A stretch of DNA of 64,000 nt, from positions 744,001 to 808,000 of the forward strand of contig NW_026515677.1 of assembly GCF_025526975.1 (NCBI RefSeq). Reading direction: 5' to 3'. Shown here piece by piece: positions 48,451 through 63,002 of this stretch. The notes below the pieces were generated by a model that saw only the letters and a list, made by a program, of their open reading frames with translations, searched no databases and was not told the origin of the DNA. Position 1 is the first letter of the stretch, and each line of letters begins with the position of its first letter. Position numbers and translations under genes: made by a program. This DNA is from Fimicolochytrium jonesii (Eukaryota).

Positions 48451-50258
48451 TCAATAGGGCGTCTGATCAAACAAAAAGCTGACGCTCTCCCCATTATGTA
48501 TCCTCCTGACCGCCTCGGCAAACACGCCCGCGACATCAAACACCTTCAGCTTGCCGCCCGCGCGTTCCACATGTTCCTCCTGCGGCACACTGTTCCCGAC
48601 CACGACCTCGTCGATACTGCTCGCCCTGATCCTCTCGACCGCGTCCCCGCTGAGGATCCCGTGCGTGATCAACGCGTAGATCTTTGTCGCGCCCGATTTG
48701 GTGAGCAGGGCCGCGGCGCGCGTGATGGTGAAGGAGGTGTCGGCGATGTCGTCGACGAGGATGCAGACGCGGTCGCGCACGTCGCCGACGAGGATGAGTT
48801 CGGACCCGGCGGCGATGCGCCGTTCTTTGTGCACGAGGGCAAAGTCCATGTTGAGTTTGTCGGCTATCAGTGTCGCTCTAAAAAATGTCAATACGAGAGA
48901 GGGGGGGGGTTAGATATGGAGGGGGAGGCGGCCGGGTGAGTGATGCAACGAACCGTTTGGCGCCACCGGCGTCCGGGGTGACGATGACGGCTTCTTGGTA
49001 GTTTGGGATCTTCTCTTTGATGTATTTGATCATGAGGGGTTGGCTGTGGAGGTTGTCGACGGGGACGTCAAAGAAGCCTTGGAATTGAGGGTCGTGGAGG
49101 TCCATTGTGATGATGTGGTCTGCGCCTGGTGGTATGACAGTGGTGAGGTCAGTCAACATTCCCGCTCCATGAGCATGGAGGGCAGCATTTTACGAAGGGT
49201 GAACATACCAGCAGCAGTAAGCATATTCGCCATCAACGTCCCACTCCTCGCTGTCCACTGCTTATACGCACTACTGACCCCACTTGGCCCCGCATACGCC
49301 ACATCGGGCCTCTGCACCGTCAAACTCGTCGCCTCACTCTTTGGCACCGACCGGCTGATACTCGACACCCTGCCCCCTTCATCCAGCGACATGGTCGACC
49401 CCTCGCGCAACTGCCGCGATTTGGGTGTCACGGGCGACGGCGAAAAGTAGTCGTCGTCGTCGTAGTCCGAGTCGGGGAACTCGAGGGTTGATTTGGTGCG
49501 CTCAACGGTCATGATGGAGGCGAGGACGGGGGGTGGGGTGGGGGGTTCGGAGAGGGGGTACGTGGTGCCGTTGGTGAGGGTGGGGAGACCGCCGCCGGCT
49601 TGGCTGTTGCGGGTGGGGAGGAGGTCGGAGACGGAGACGGAGGAGCTTTGTGTGCGGAGAAGTTGGGAGTCGAAAGGGCTGGGCTTGTCTGCACTGTGTT
49701 TTGCGTCCTTTCCGTCGTGCGATTTGAACCGTGAGACGGACATGTTGCCTACTCGCCGGTAGGGCGTTTCCGTCTGTCGGGCGTATGGGAAACACGGCAA
49801 TACCGCTGTCACTTTTCTAATATCGGGACGAGCGATGATTAGTCTCCATCCTCTGGTTTGTCAATCGATGCATGATGAATATAGACAGAAGATCACCCTC
49901 CGCTCGCAACCTCCTCCCTTCCGCTCGGCACCCTCAAGGAGGCATTCCTGTGCCCATGGCACAGTTGGGCCCACCTCCTTCGCATCCTCCTCGCTCCGCT
50001 CGGGACTCACCTAGCACTAGCAGTCTTACAAGCAGCGATCATGATGAGCAACTCCATGAAGTTATCGTTAACGTTCCCACAGCCTGACTGGATGATAAAG
50101 ACGTCCTGTTCGCGGACGGACTCTCTGACTTCGACGTTTGTCTCCTTGTTTGAGAATTTGGAGAGGGTGCAGGAGCCGAGGGGCACGCCTAGCCGCTCGC
50201 ATATGGCTTGTGCGAGGCGGGGGTGTGAGGAGCCGGAGAGGACTGTAAGATCTCGCAT
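48451..50258 (-). CDS. Ribose-phosphate pyrophosphokinase, PRS5-like with a long insertion
   Basis: [64 protein letters not shown]; Ser/Pro-rich insert after YARQ. Confidence 0.93.
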
Positions 50259-50586
50259 AGTGGTTTATGAGAGTGGCTTGCAAGGAGGAGGATGCTGAGG
50301 GGTGGTTTCTCTGAGGAAGTGTGCAGAGACTTTGAAGCGAGTGGGCAACGAAAGCTGCGGAGCCTGCGTACGGGAGTAGATCGAGTGAGGGGTGCTCCAG
50401 GAAGAGAGAGTGTATGTGTGTCTGAGGGGGGGGGATGCCGATTGAGCTGTGCTGTTCGTCGGCTGGTTGAGACGTTGCAGTTTGCAGGAGGGTCCTCCTT
50501 GGGTCCTCCTGTAAAGTTGCGCGGGGCTCGCTTTCCCTCTCTGCGTTCTTCCCAGCGTTCTTCCCACCACCCAGAAGGCCCCCACA

Positions 50587-51986
50587 ATGCACAACAACAA
50601 CCACTACCACCGCAGCCGCTCAAACTACACCGGCAACGCTCACAGTACCCACAACAACAGCGGGCGCAACGGCCGCGGCACCACATACTCAGACTGGACC
50701 CAGGCCGACGAGGATACAATAAAACGACCCGCCCTGCCTCTCAACGGTTACGCCGACAACGAAGAAGACGAATATGAGGAAGGGGATGAGGGGTTCGAGG
50801 ACGGCGCTGTGCCGGCTTCCGGCTTGCAGTATTTGAAGATGGTGAGGTAAGGTGTCCAGTCGAGCGGTGGCCAGATAATCAAGGCGACCGATAGGGAGCA
50901 GGATATCGTTTTCATCCATCACACCCTCATCCATCGTCGGTCAATTCGACTTTACAGAGCACAAGCGAACGCATGCCCACAAGTGGTTCGAGTTGACTAC
51001 CCATCACACAAGCAGCAGAACCACGGGCAAAATCCCACAACAACAACAATGGTCCCAGATATCCGACACCAATACTTCACGGCCCAAAACTTCCAAGCCA
51101 CATCCCGACAAGCACCCACCCCACCCCACCTCCGCCCAACCCCCGAATGGCTCGCCAGCTTCCTCGCCCGCTTCGAGGCCCTGCGGAGCACGCTCGCCGC
51201 CCACAGGAAAGCGCTACTGGAAAGCGGAAACATGACATCAATGTACAAACCGCACCCCGCGAACGAACGCGCGTGGAAGACCTTTTGTTACGGCGATGGG
51301 GACGGGGAACGTGGCGCGTCTGCGGGGTCATCATTATCCGGGGCGCAAACGGCTGAAGAAGGTGGGAGCGACCACCTTGCGAAACGAAAGATCGGCCAAC
51401 TGCATCTCCCCGAAACGCATGCCGCGAAACGTGCACGGATGGATCAACAGCAGGAGGGAGGAGGAGATACCACAGCTATGGACATTGATGCAGACGTGGA
51501 CACGAACCAAACCGACGCATCAGAAGCAATGGAATCCATCCCGATCCTCGAAGAAGAGGAAGAGGAAGAAGGACAATCCGTACCCACACCACCACCACGA
51601 AACGACCGCGAACCCTGTACCAACATCGTCGTGCGCCTCGAACAGGGCGAAACCATACGGCTCCTCAACTTCCACGCAAAGTGGTTGAACGAAACTACCA
51701 GTATATCCGAAGATCAGGTTCGTCCCTCCCCGTCTCCTCCCCATCCCCCTTCTTCCACTCACCCCTATCTATTTTCCAGGGGCAATGGCTCTTCGCGCTC
51801 CTCCTCCGCCTGGACCCCCTCCTCACCGCCGACGAACTAGCGATCCTCCGCATTCTGTGCAAGACGTGCCGCCGGCTCCGCAGCGCGATGGCGACGGATC
51901 TGACGCTGGAGGATCCGAGAACGGCGTCGTTGAACATGGTGGTGGCGATTGTGGGGAGGGTTTTTGGACAGTTGGATTTAAGGTAA
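50587..51986 (+). CDS. GEMIN2: Gemin2/SIP1 (SMN complex)
   Basis: PASGLQYLKMVR|AQANACPQVV and QWLFALLLRLDPLL...LRILCKTCRRLR...IVGRVFGQLDL. Confidence 0.9.
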
Positions 51987-52671
51987 GGAGACTTGGGGCT
52001 GGGAGGGGGTTGTTTTGTGTTGTCAAGGGTTTCTCATGTTGAGCCCCGTTCTCTATTTAGTGACGACGCCGAATTCTGAAACACCCGCGATCGGCTGCTT
52101 TTCGCGACCGTAATCCACCACAACGTACGAACGAGCCGTCCCGCACACACAACGACCGATTCGAGACCATCCAAGCAGCAGCACCCCAGCATGGGCAATG
52201 CACACTCCTTCCCTCAAGGCATCTTCCGATTAAACAGAAGCAGCGTGATGTCCCACACACATTCATCCCACCATTACGGCGGCGTATGAACGTATACGTC
52301 CATGCAGAATAGCCCGCGTTTTCCCGTTTGAGACGCAGGAACATCCCTAACGTAGGCTTGTAGCTGTAGGGAGGATATAATCTGCATACATTGCAATGCA
52401 TACCCGGAACTCCTGGGCGATAAACGCATGCTTGGCCAGTGTGCACTGCTCTGAGCCGTTCATGCCATTCATCCCGGGGATGGGGGATTTGGCGCCTGTG
52501 CGATGGCCCCCGTCGATGAAAAAAGCACAATCGCACCATCACGAGCAGGCGGGTCCGTTCGTGTATCCTTGCAGAAATGAGGGCCCTTTTGCGGGGTAAG
52601 GTGGGGTTCTTGCTCACCAAGGCTGGATATAAGATGCGGGAGTGGGTCGCGTTCATCACAGGAAGGGGAGG

Positions 52672-53240
52672 TACAGTACACTGGGTGTATAAGACGGTCG
52701 ACAGACGCATTTGACGGAAATGCCAGAAGCCCAGGCCCACCTCTACATATACCAAATGCCACTTGCGCGGGCGCAGGCGAAGTCGGATGAGATACGCAAC
52801 TTCCGAAACGTCGTGAGCAATTGTCGGTGGAGGATTGTCGGTGGAGGAGGGAGTAAAAGGGGTTTTCTGCTGTAACCCCATGGCCTGATGTTCAACCTTG
52901 TTTGAAAAAAAAAATTGCTGCTCAAGTGCAACTGCGACTTCCTCGGACGACGGAAAGTTGGCGGGATAACGGGATCGCGATGGTGGAATATCTATCTTCT
53001 ACTCCATTGCGTGGAGAAGATTGCCCGTTTACCGATGAAAATATAGCGATGGGGGCCATAATTTCTCACTCCCTTGCGCCTACAACCTTAATAGCTTGCT
53101 ACAACCTTAATAGCTTGCTGGCCCAAAAGCCTTGAAATTTGGGGTCACGCCTGCCTCGGACAACAAAAAGCCGGCGGGGATAACGATATCGCGAGGTGCA
53201 GCCTCGTTCAACATACATACACTGGGTGTATAAGACGGTC
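52672..53240 (+). repeat. Two identical 23-bp direct repeats (52677-52699, 53218-53240); possible Tc1/pogo TIR remnants
   Basis: TACACTGGGTGTATAAGACGGTC occurs twice; the first copy is preceded by TA-CAG. Confidence 0.7.
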
Positions 53241-55563
53241 CGCTTTTGACTGTGCTCGGACTGGGCGAGCGTACCGTCGAGCCGCTAGCATTTTTTGCGT
53301 ATTGGGATGTGGTTTTACGTTGCCCCCAATCGGCTGATGACCCATTCTGCCAAACAGCGGCCTCGAGGGAGCCAGGGGGCACTCGAATTTGTTTCTTACA
53401 GCAGTGCTGGACCGCTCGGGAGAATAAAAGATGGGGCGAAGACGGACTTCCCAGCCAAAGTTCAGAAAGTCAACCGTCATGAGGAACATCTTGGTCGGCA
53501 TTGGTCATTGCGGTGGTCGTTTCGCCTTGCGCGGCAGGTCAGTAGTGAATCCAGTTCATTTCCCCTGGTCTGCTGGCCCCTCTTTCTGACCCCCCCTGTC
53601 AACTTGTAAGGCGGAGCGGCAGACGCGACAATTACAAGACACTTTGTTTGGGCAACACGCGAAGTCGGGGCTTACCACATCACGCGTCAACCTCGTCGCA
53701 TTCGCACCCCTGCCCCCTCTGGTCCTCCTGCATAAACCAGCGTGCGGCCAATGAATACAACGCCTAGAACCCCCGCTAGAACCCGCGACTCACTTCCTCC
53801 CGTCGCCCAACACAATGCCCACCCACAGAACCTCCCCACGGTCCCCAGTAACGAAGGGCGGAAATGCAAGACTGGACCGGGGGAAGTGAACGATGTAGCA
53901 AGCGATCGGCTTCGGGGTCTGATTCGCATGGGGGTTTCGCCCAGGCAGCGCGTGCTGGGTGCGGGCTGGGGTGTTTGTGCCGTTCTTTCCCTTTGGATGG
54001 GTGGGGATCCCTTTCTCATCCCGCCTCGCTGGAGAGGTGTGGGTGTATGATAGGATCCGGACGAACCCGCATGCGTTTGGCCAGCACCCCACACTCGTGT
54101 CGGGAAACGCGCCCTGTTTCGGGGTTTTTTGCCGCACGCCCCGAATTGGGGACTGGGCAAAGAGAGAAAGTCCTAGCGAGAAGCCCCCGAGATGTGCTGG
54201 GCAGAAAAAAAAAACGAGAACATTCGTCCCGTCCGATGGCAGAACCGGATGGGGGCGGGTTAAAGGAGCGGGATAGGCTGAACGATGCTGTCTCGCCACT
54301 CCGGCGCAGACGATAGATTGCCGTACGGGGCGACGAGAACGCCAACTGGAAGCGGGTGGTGGGCGCGCCGCCAGGACCTCCCTCTCGTCAAAAACCCCTT
54401 CTCGGACCCGCCCCTGCGATCGAGCAGGCGCGCCTTTTTGTTGGTCAAGCGGGCGCATCTCGTCTCTTGGTCACTACGCGTAAAGTGGGACGCGTTTTGG
54501 ACGGTAACTCCGACGCTTACATACTGTACATACACTTTTCCAGCGGCCGGCGGAGACACGGGGGGGGGGTGGCAAAGGCTCCCAACGCCGTCGATACCAC
54601 CCACCCAACTCGCCTCCGTTCCCGCCCATCAGAGCGGGTACTACCAAACCGTCGCTTACTGCGTCCGCCGCACGACGCCCATTTAGCATTCCCGAACGCG
54701 TTACGATTCAAACAGCCCTGTCCAAACACACCTCTAAATGGTCGGCGGGGCAGAGATGGGTTGGGACTGGGGGTTTGGGCGGGGGGGTGGGAATCGGGTG
54801 AGTCGCACGGCCCCCCACGGGCCCCGCACGGCACAAAACAACACTCTCCCGTGGGGAATCTGACAGGGCGGGGGTGGCGAGAAATGTGGTCTCCACTTAC
54901 CCGTGCACGGAGACTGGCTGAAACATGCATCTTGAAAGCCAAAAATGGGCGTGCGTCGGGGGGTCATATATAGGCGGCGCTCGGCACCCGGGGGGAGCGC
55001 CGCGAGGGGGAGATTCACGCACCCCGGAATAGGACTTTCACAATCTATGGGCGAGCTCGGTGACGGGAATGCCATGTTATGGCCACGACGGGAAAGTGCA
55101 GCATGGATCAGCAGAAAACGCAAAATGAAGAATGGAGGGAAGTGGAAATGGGGATAGCCACAGCGGGCGGGAAGAAGGAAAAAAAAAAAGAGGCACGCCC
55201 CCCCGAATAGATTACATTCCCCCCAACGAAACGAAACGGAAAAAAGCATAGAAAGGAACAACTCGAACATGAAAATGCGTTATGAGATGATGGAAAACCC
55301 CATCCTGTCCGACGGGCCGAAAAATGCCACTCAACCTCGCCCCGCTTCCCCCAAGCCCCGTCCGACAAAAGCCCTCTAGGTTTTCTCCGCGCGCCAAAAT
55401 CGACATGTTCGCAAGTCGAACATCCAATCCATCACGGTCCCCCCTTCGAACAACAATTTCCCAACGATATGGCGATATGGCGTGTCGAAAACACTTTTTT
55501 TTTCGGTTTGAATTTAATGATGAAATGGTGATTCTTCCCGCGCGTAATGTGTTATATGTCAGA

Positions 55564-57039
<1,476 letters not shown>

Positions 57040-58642
57040 TGTCTCTCGGTATGACTCTCTATTTCGCTATTGCTTTTGTGTGGTGTAGCGTCTTTTGGAA
57101 GAAGCTAGGTGTTGGGTGGGTTGGAGTGTCAGTGGAGAGCCGGTTGACGAACGATCGTTGCAAAAGATTGCTGTATTGTGAGGGCACGCGTAAGTGGGAA
57201 GGAAAGCGTGGCGGGGAAAATGGAGGTGAGAAAGAAGATCCCGTTGGGGTCTGGCTGGGGGAGAGGAGCAACGAGAGTGATAAGCGTTACCTGGCAGACG
57301 CTGGTGAAGCGGTGGGGTTGAAGGTGAAGGAGGGGGTGGGGGCAGCTTGCGAGTTGCGGGATGGGGGGGGGGGGGGGTTTAGCGGCCGAGCAGCGTGCTT
57401 TGGCGGAGTGGAAGGGAGTAGGGCGGTGCGGCTGCGTGGCAGTCCTTAGCGGTACTGTAGTGAGATTGCAATGATCATCAGAGGCTCTCTTGATGGGGGG
57501 ATCATATGAACTTGCGAGTCTTCTTAAGATTAGTCTGGTGCGGACTGCGTGACCCCACGTGACCACCCTTAACCTCCCGAGTGATGCCTGCCATCTGCAT
57601 GTCATCCCTCTCCCCCCGCGAAGCAGCTCATCGCGCGGCATCTGACACCTGTCAACTTCTTGAAACGACTACAGACCCAACGCTCCCTTTCATCCGTTAG
57701 GGCGATGGATGGACACCGGACGAGGAATTCCGTGCGCTGTTGGTATTTGGTGGCTTGTCGAACTCATCGGTGGAAAACCGAGCACTTTGCACTGGCAGTG
57801 GACACCTCTCGGCGCGGGAAATACCGGACCCAACGCTCGATGGACGTGAAGATACGATAACTTTGAGCGAGGTCTGGGCGTGGGCAACCCCCGGCGGAGA
57901 AAGTCACTGGCAGGCAATCATGCAGGATCGCGCTCTCTCCACGCCGAGATGACGATGCGCCACTGTGCCATTAGTTGAGGTGCCCAACATCGACCATACT
58001 GACACTGTCGAAATTCGGGACATCGATGCTGGCCGCCTCGCTGAGTGAAGGCATTGGAACAAAGCAGTGCAGCGCAACCTTCTGGGTCACACCTCTGGTT
58101 CCGGACAATCCGAGCCGATGATTTCGTTGTGTGTACTTCAAAGCGACAAAGTCCCAGGAGATGTGGAAACGGTCAAAGGCATACTTTGCTTATCGCCATA
58201 CGCCGCTGGACAGCGGGTCCATATTTCTAATCGCCTACGCCGGCGACTTGGATCAACTCTGGCTCCATGCATTCGGAGCCTCTGGCTGGGTGTCTTTCAA
58301 AGTGACAAATTCCCGGAACTGTGGACTTGGGAAACTTGGAGGCGGAATTAGGACGGCCTTAGAGGCAAGGGTGGCGGGTGCTTCAGGCGCGAGTTCGCCG
58401 TGAGAATCTAGTCAAACCTCCGTCGCCTTCCATGACTTTATACGCACCTGCCTCTGCTTTGAAGATTCTCGCAGGGGGCGGCTGGCGCCATGGAAGATGG
58501 CCCAGGTACCAGGTTGGAGGACGGTCGGCGCCCGACGTTCCTGGCAAAACCTGGCAACCCAAGGATATATTCTGGGACTCTGGATGAGAAGGGACGTCCA
58601 TACCGTCGAGGCCACCGACATTCCGGCACTCAGGGGATCATA

Positions 58643-58895
58643 CAGTAGGTGGCCAAAACTGAGGTTGCGCGCGGTGGGAGGTTGCTTGGTGAAACCACAG
58701 AAGTCAGCCGCTCCCCAGCGCCCTGCATCCGCTGCTGCCGTTAATTTCGAGATGCTGGACAAGATCTGGAAAACAAACAGTCGCTTCCTGACGGTGAACA
58801 GGAGAGCCGCCTGGGAGCCCGGCGAGTTTGCCATGTGGCTGTGCAAGGAATGATGTGTCTCGGGACGCGCGCAACCTCAGTTTTGGCCAGTCATA
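58643..58895. mobile_element. Tc1/mariner-like MITE (~250 bp)
   Basis: Perfect 24-bp inverted repeat at 58650-58673 and 58866-58889. The left end reads TA|CAGTAGGTGGCCAAAA; the outer right end is degenerate. Confidence 0.75.
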
Positions 58896-61615
58896 TTTTT
58901 GATGCCTGGGCTCACCAAAGTCTTGGTGACAAGCGGACGGCTCAGAAGCCTTGCAAGCTGCTGTGATGATCGATGAACGCAGTCTACGCTCCTACGAAGC
59001 ATTGTGAGAAGCCGAAGAGGGTCGCCAGATCTTTATCTCTGTGATCAAAATCGTGAAGCAATCCCAACAGTTCGGGGAGAAATCGTGACAAGCTACTTGG
59101 ACGAACCCGGAAGCCACTTGAGCAGGCGACGAAAATGGGCCTTGGGGAAATTGTTCCGGGACAAGGTTGGCCTCCCCTGCCATCGACTTGGTCCGGCACT
59201 TTCCTCTACGTTCCGAGAGCTGTGCTTACGCTTCCTAGCTCACATTAGGCCGATGTGGGGCTCAAAGCCTCCCGTAGCGTAGTGGCAACGCGTCGGACTT
59301 CTATGCGTTAGGACATCCGAAGATCGGCGGTTCGACCCCGTCCGGGAGTGCGCGATGAAGGCGTGCTGGTGTGTTGGCGGATGTGGATGCACACCATTTT
59401 GGTCTCTTTCCTCGATCGTGCGTGTATGTACGTAGCTATCGTTTTTTTTTTCATTCCGTTCGTGCCTCATTTTCGCCTCATTTTTCGTCGCTTTAAATGT
59501 ACCGTACCCCGTACCCAACTACTGTACCGGCATCTCATAGGATATCATGCATCGCCGCGGAAGTACCATGTAGCACCGGCGTACAGTACATACTATCTTG
59601 ACGTCCAGCAGCCGTCGCGTCGATGTGCGCAGTTGCCAAATCAACTTGTCATCAATGTCATCAGCGTCGTCACGGGTATATGTCCCCACTTTCTCAGCAT
59701 AAGCTTTGACAGAAGAATCCGATCGGAAGCATGAAACGCTCCGTACGGAATCTTTGAAATCTACTGACATTACCTTGATCGTGCGCAACATGCACACGTA
59801 CGACCTGTCCTTCTACATTTGTGAAATGCCAGATCCGAAGACAAGCTTTTCCTGTGACCTCAGACCTGCCCCCATGCTTACACACTCATTTCAAAAACGC
59901 GTGAATTTGAACGCGTGAGTCATGATAACATAAGCAGCAATGCCGGATGAAGTTCTATCAGCCCGCAATTTGAGCGCCGTGCAGCGCGAGTTGGTGGAAC
60001 CAGATGGGCTTCGCATGTTGTCTTCCTAGTTTCCCCCCAGTGACTCTCGACCACGGTCCCAGCGCAATGAGATCATCCGGATGGAATTGGTGCGATCGAT
60101 TCGTGATCCAGAACACAACTGTTGGATCAAATGTGCATGGCACCGCGGCGATATATATTGCTGGGGAGATGCTGTCCATTTCCCTCTCATCTGTGGGTGG
60201 GTGCTATATTGCTTTTGTGCATCGGCCTGTGAACGAGGGTTGGAACGAGGGTTGGGGAGCGATCTACTATGTATCGTCTGGGTGTCTGACAGTCTCTCAC
60301 GGTGCCATACCCCTTCCCCACGGTTCTGCGCCTCTTGCCGTCATGCGAAATCCAGGCGGCCGAGAACGCATTTCCCCATGTCTGACGGGGCACCCAGCGC
60401 ACAAAAGCAACTAAATGTCCGCTTGTGCCGCTGGTGTGATATTTGAGCCAAGGGCGATCGACCCGAATTTGTCAAGCGAGAACGTGCAAATCGGACCCTG
60501 TGGGTCCCACACGCATCCTCCCTCTGTGCCCTTTTAGGCTTGCATGTTTCTGTCCAACACCAGCTGGCTGTGATGAGCACCAGTGTGTGATTACAATATC
60601 TCGCTCTGGCTGCTGTTGTCAGCGTGTTTTGCCCCTGGGAGTGTATGACGATCCGGCCCCGGTCGGTGGAAGTTTATAGAGATCGTTGGGTCGAAGTACA
60701 GGGGGAGCAGCAAGAGCAGCAGCATTGCAAGGGGAAACGGAGTCCGAGAAGTCGAGTGTCTGCGTATGTAAGAAAGCTTCGCGTCCCTGAAAATGACCCC
60801 CTTTCGCCGGCTCTTCCCTTTTTTCTTACCCCTTGCTTCGCACTGGCCCTATTCGGTTTTGCACAGCCCGCCGGTCCGTTGTTTATTACTTTGGTGGTCG
60901 GGGTTGCGTCCCTCAGTGCCCAACCACCTCCTGGCCCCTTGAAAGTCCCGCTGGTCCCGCTGCGTGAACCTTCCACCCTTGCTCATCCATCAGCTGGCAG
61001 TTTTACGAACCCTTCGCCACCCAACAACGTCTTGTTCAGCGCAAGCACGTCCAGCGGGTTTGCGCCTTACAAGCGTCTTCCCCATCTGCGCTCTCTCTGC
61101 ATGTTCGTGAGCATCTCTGGCCATTCCCACCTCTCACAGACGTCCAAGCGACGCGTTGGATAATAGATATCACACCCGCGCGCAGGTTGGTTTTGAGCAA
61201 CGTGGGTGAGTTATTACGCATTCCCTTTGCTTGTTCCCCACGGTTCGGCGGTGGCGGGTAGGGACGCCTTCGGGCAGGGAGGAGAGCCGCCATGCGGTGG
61301 AACCCGTTGCTAACGCCAGAACCCCGTCTTCCCCACCTCATAAGATATCTCGACGTCGGAGGACAAGCAGCAATTCGCGCAGTCGATCTGTGACGAAAGC
61401 TCAGCACCCCCCGAAATTCCCACCGACGACATCACCAACCGACGTTGACCGTCAGTTGAACGACACTCTGTAAACCCTCAGCTCTTTGAACAGTTGTATA
61501 AGTCGGCACAGTGGGCGCCCTTCCCTCCTGCCCAACGTCCTTTGACGGGTCCGCCGACCCAGGATCGCCACCACCACCACACCACATCGCGTCTGTTAAC
61601 CTCTTCCGAACCGAC

Positions 61616-63002
61616 ATGTTGGCCACCAGCTCCTACCGCACAGCGCAGTCCTACGACGGGCCCGTTGCCACCCTCCCTGCACACTCGCTTCCCGCTCGCC
61701 CTCGACCACCGTCACCGCGTTTGACGCCACCTACGAGCGTGTGCAAGGACAAACGGAGAGGCAGCAAGGGAAGCATGGGTAGACGGTCGGATTTGGCGGA
61801 GTTTTCGGAATATGGCGCTGAGATTTTCGCGTTGATGTTGGAGGCTGAGGTGAGCCTTTGTCTTTCGGTTTGGGAAGCCTTTCCCATGTTAGATGGTTCT
61901 ATATTTACGCGTTGTGGCAAATGTCTCAAAGGTCAAGACGGGTGCAGACTCTTCCTTCATGAACTTGCAAAAGGAGCTCTCATGGCCCATGCGCGAAACG
62001 CTGCTTACATGGCTCGTCCAAGTACATGCGGAACACAATCTTCAACCGGACACGCTCTACCTGACCATCAACATCATCGATCGGGTATGCGCACAAACAG
62101 TCATCAAGCGGGACACCTACCAGTTACTGGGAGCCACGGCACTATGGATAGCAGCAAAGTACGAGGAGAACCACGGTCGCGTGCCCAACCTCAAAAGCCT
62201 GGTCCTGGTCTGCATCAACCGGTACGCGGAAGCTGATTTCCTAGGCTTCGAACGCCACATTCTTCGAGCGCTGCGGTTTGATTTAGGCCATCCCACACCC
62301 GAAGCGTTCCTGAAAGCCTACTTCTTACGGTTCATCGACGATGATGATGCGGAGAGTAAGGAGGACGCGCCCGGCACGCCTGTACATCATGTACGAGCCG
62401 TCGCGCGGTACCTGATGGAACTGACCACGGTGTTGAGCCCGAACGGATGTATGGTTGACTCGACTTCGAGTGTCCTGGCCATGGCGGCGTTCAGACTGGG
62501 GCATGAGATCTACACGTACGCAGGGCTGAAGACGAGCCATCTCATCAAGGATTCTCGAGAAGCTGCTGAGAATATCAATGATGATAATGTTGATCGGGCG
62601 TGTACTATCATGGAGCACTGTATTGCCAAGGGATCCGACGTTCTCCACCAAAAGGTAAGCATCTCATATGTGGTTCATTGCAGCCAAAACCGACCATAAT
62701 AACCGCTTCCCCTCGCATAGTACGCAACATCCAAACACCACTGTGCGAGCCACATCGTCCAAGCCTGGTGGACACGTCGCAAAGCCAGCGCCACCCTCCA
62801 CAAGCTCCAAATATCCTCGCGCACCCCGCAACGACCCATCTCCGGCAACGTGATGCACCCGCAAAGCCCCTACGTCACCGACATGGTCGACGAGGGCTAC
62901 TATACCCCGACATCCGTCTACCCGGCCCACCCGCCACCGGGACTCATCACCCCGCCGAAGGAATCGCTCCTGGGGTTTGAAGCTACTATGATCAAGTCTT
63001 GA
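61616..63002 (+). CDS. G1/S cyclin, fungal CLN/Puc1/Ccn1-like (3 exons)
   Basis: EYGAEIF, Q.ELSWPMRETLLTWL, QLLGATALWIAAKYEENHGRVP, LGHPTPEAFL; introns ~61850-61931 and 62654-62720. Confidence 0.92.

Noticed and set aside
43835..50587. Two divergent gene pairs (KOG1/ARL3 and PRS/GEMIN2) with the same ~329-bp ATG spacing
   Set aside because: No shared sequence between the two intervals, and one start is inferred; likely coincidence.
52057..52881. 274-aa minus-strand ORF, and other long ORFs at 53687-55270
   Set aside because: No recognisable domain, atypical composition and no convincing splice structure. Long spurious ORFs are common at this GC content.
53334..53680. CTGATGA (hammerhead-like) and GGGGCTTAC (RNase MRP-like) motifs
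   Set aside because: The partner motifs and flanking helices needed for either RNA were not found.
57283..57300. TTACCTGGCAG resembling the U1 snRNA 5' end
   Set aside because: Better explained as the reverse complement of a splice donor in the RAB6 5' UTR. No U1 stem-loops or Sm site follow.
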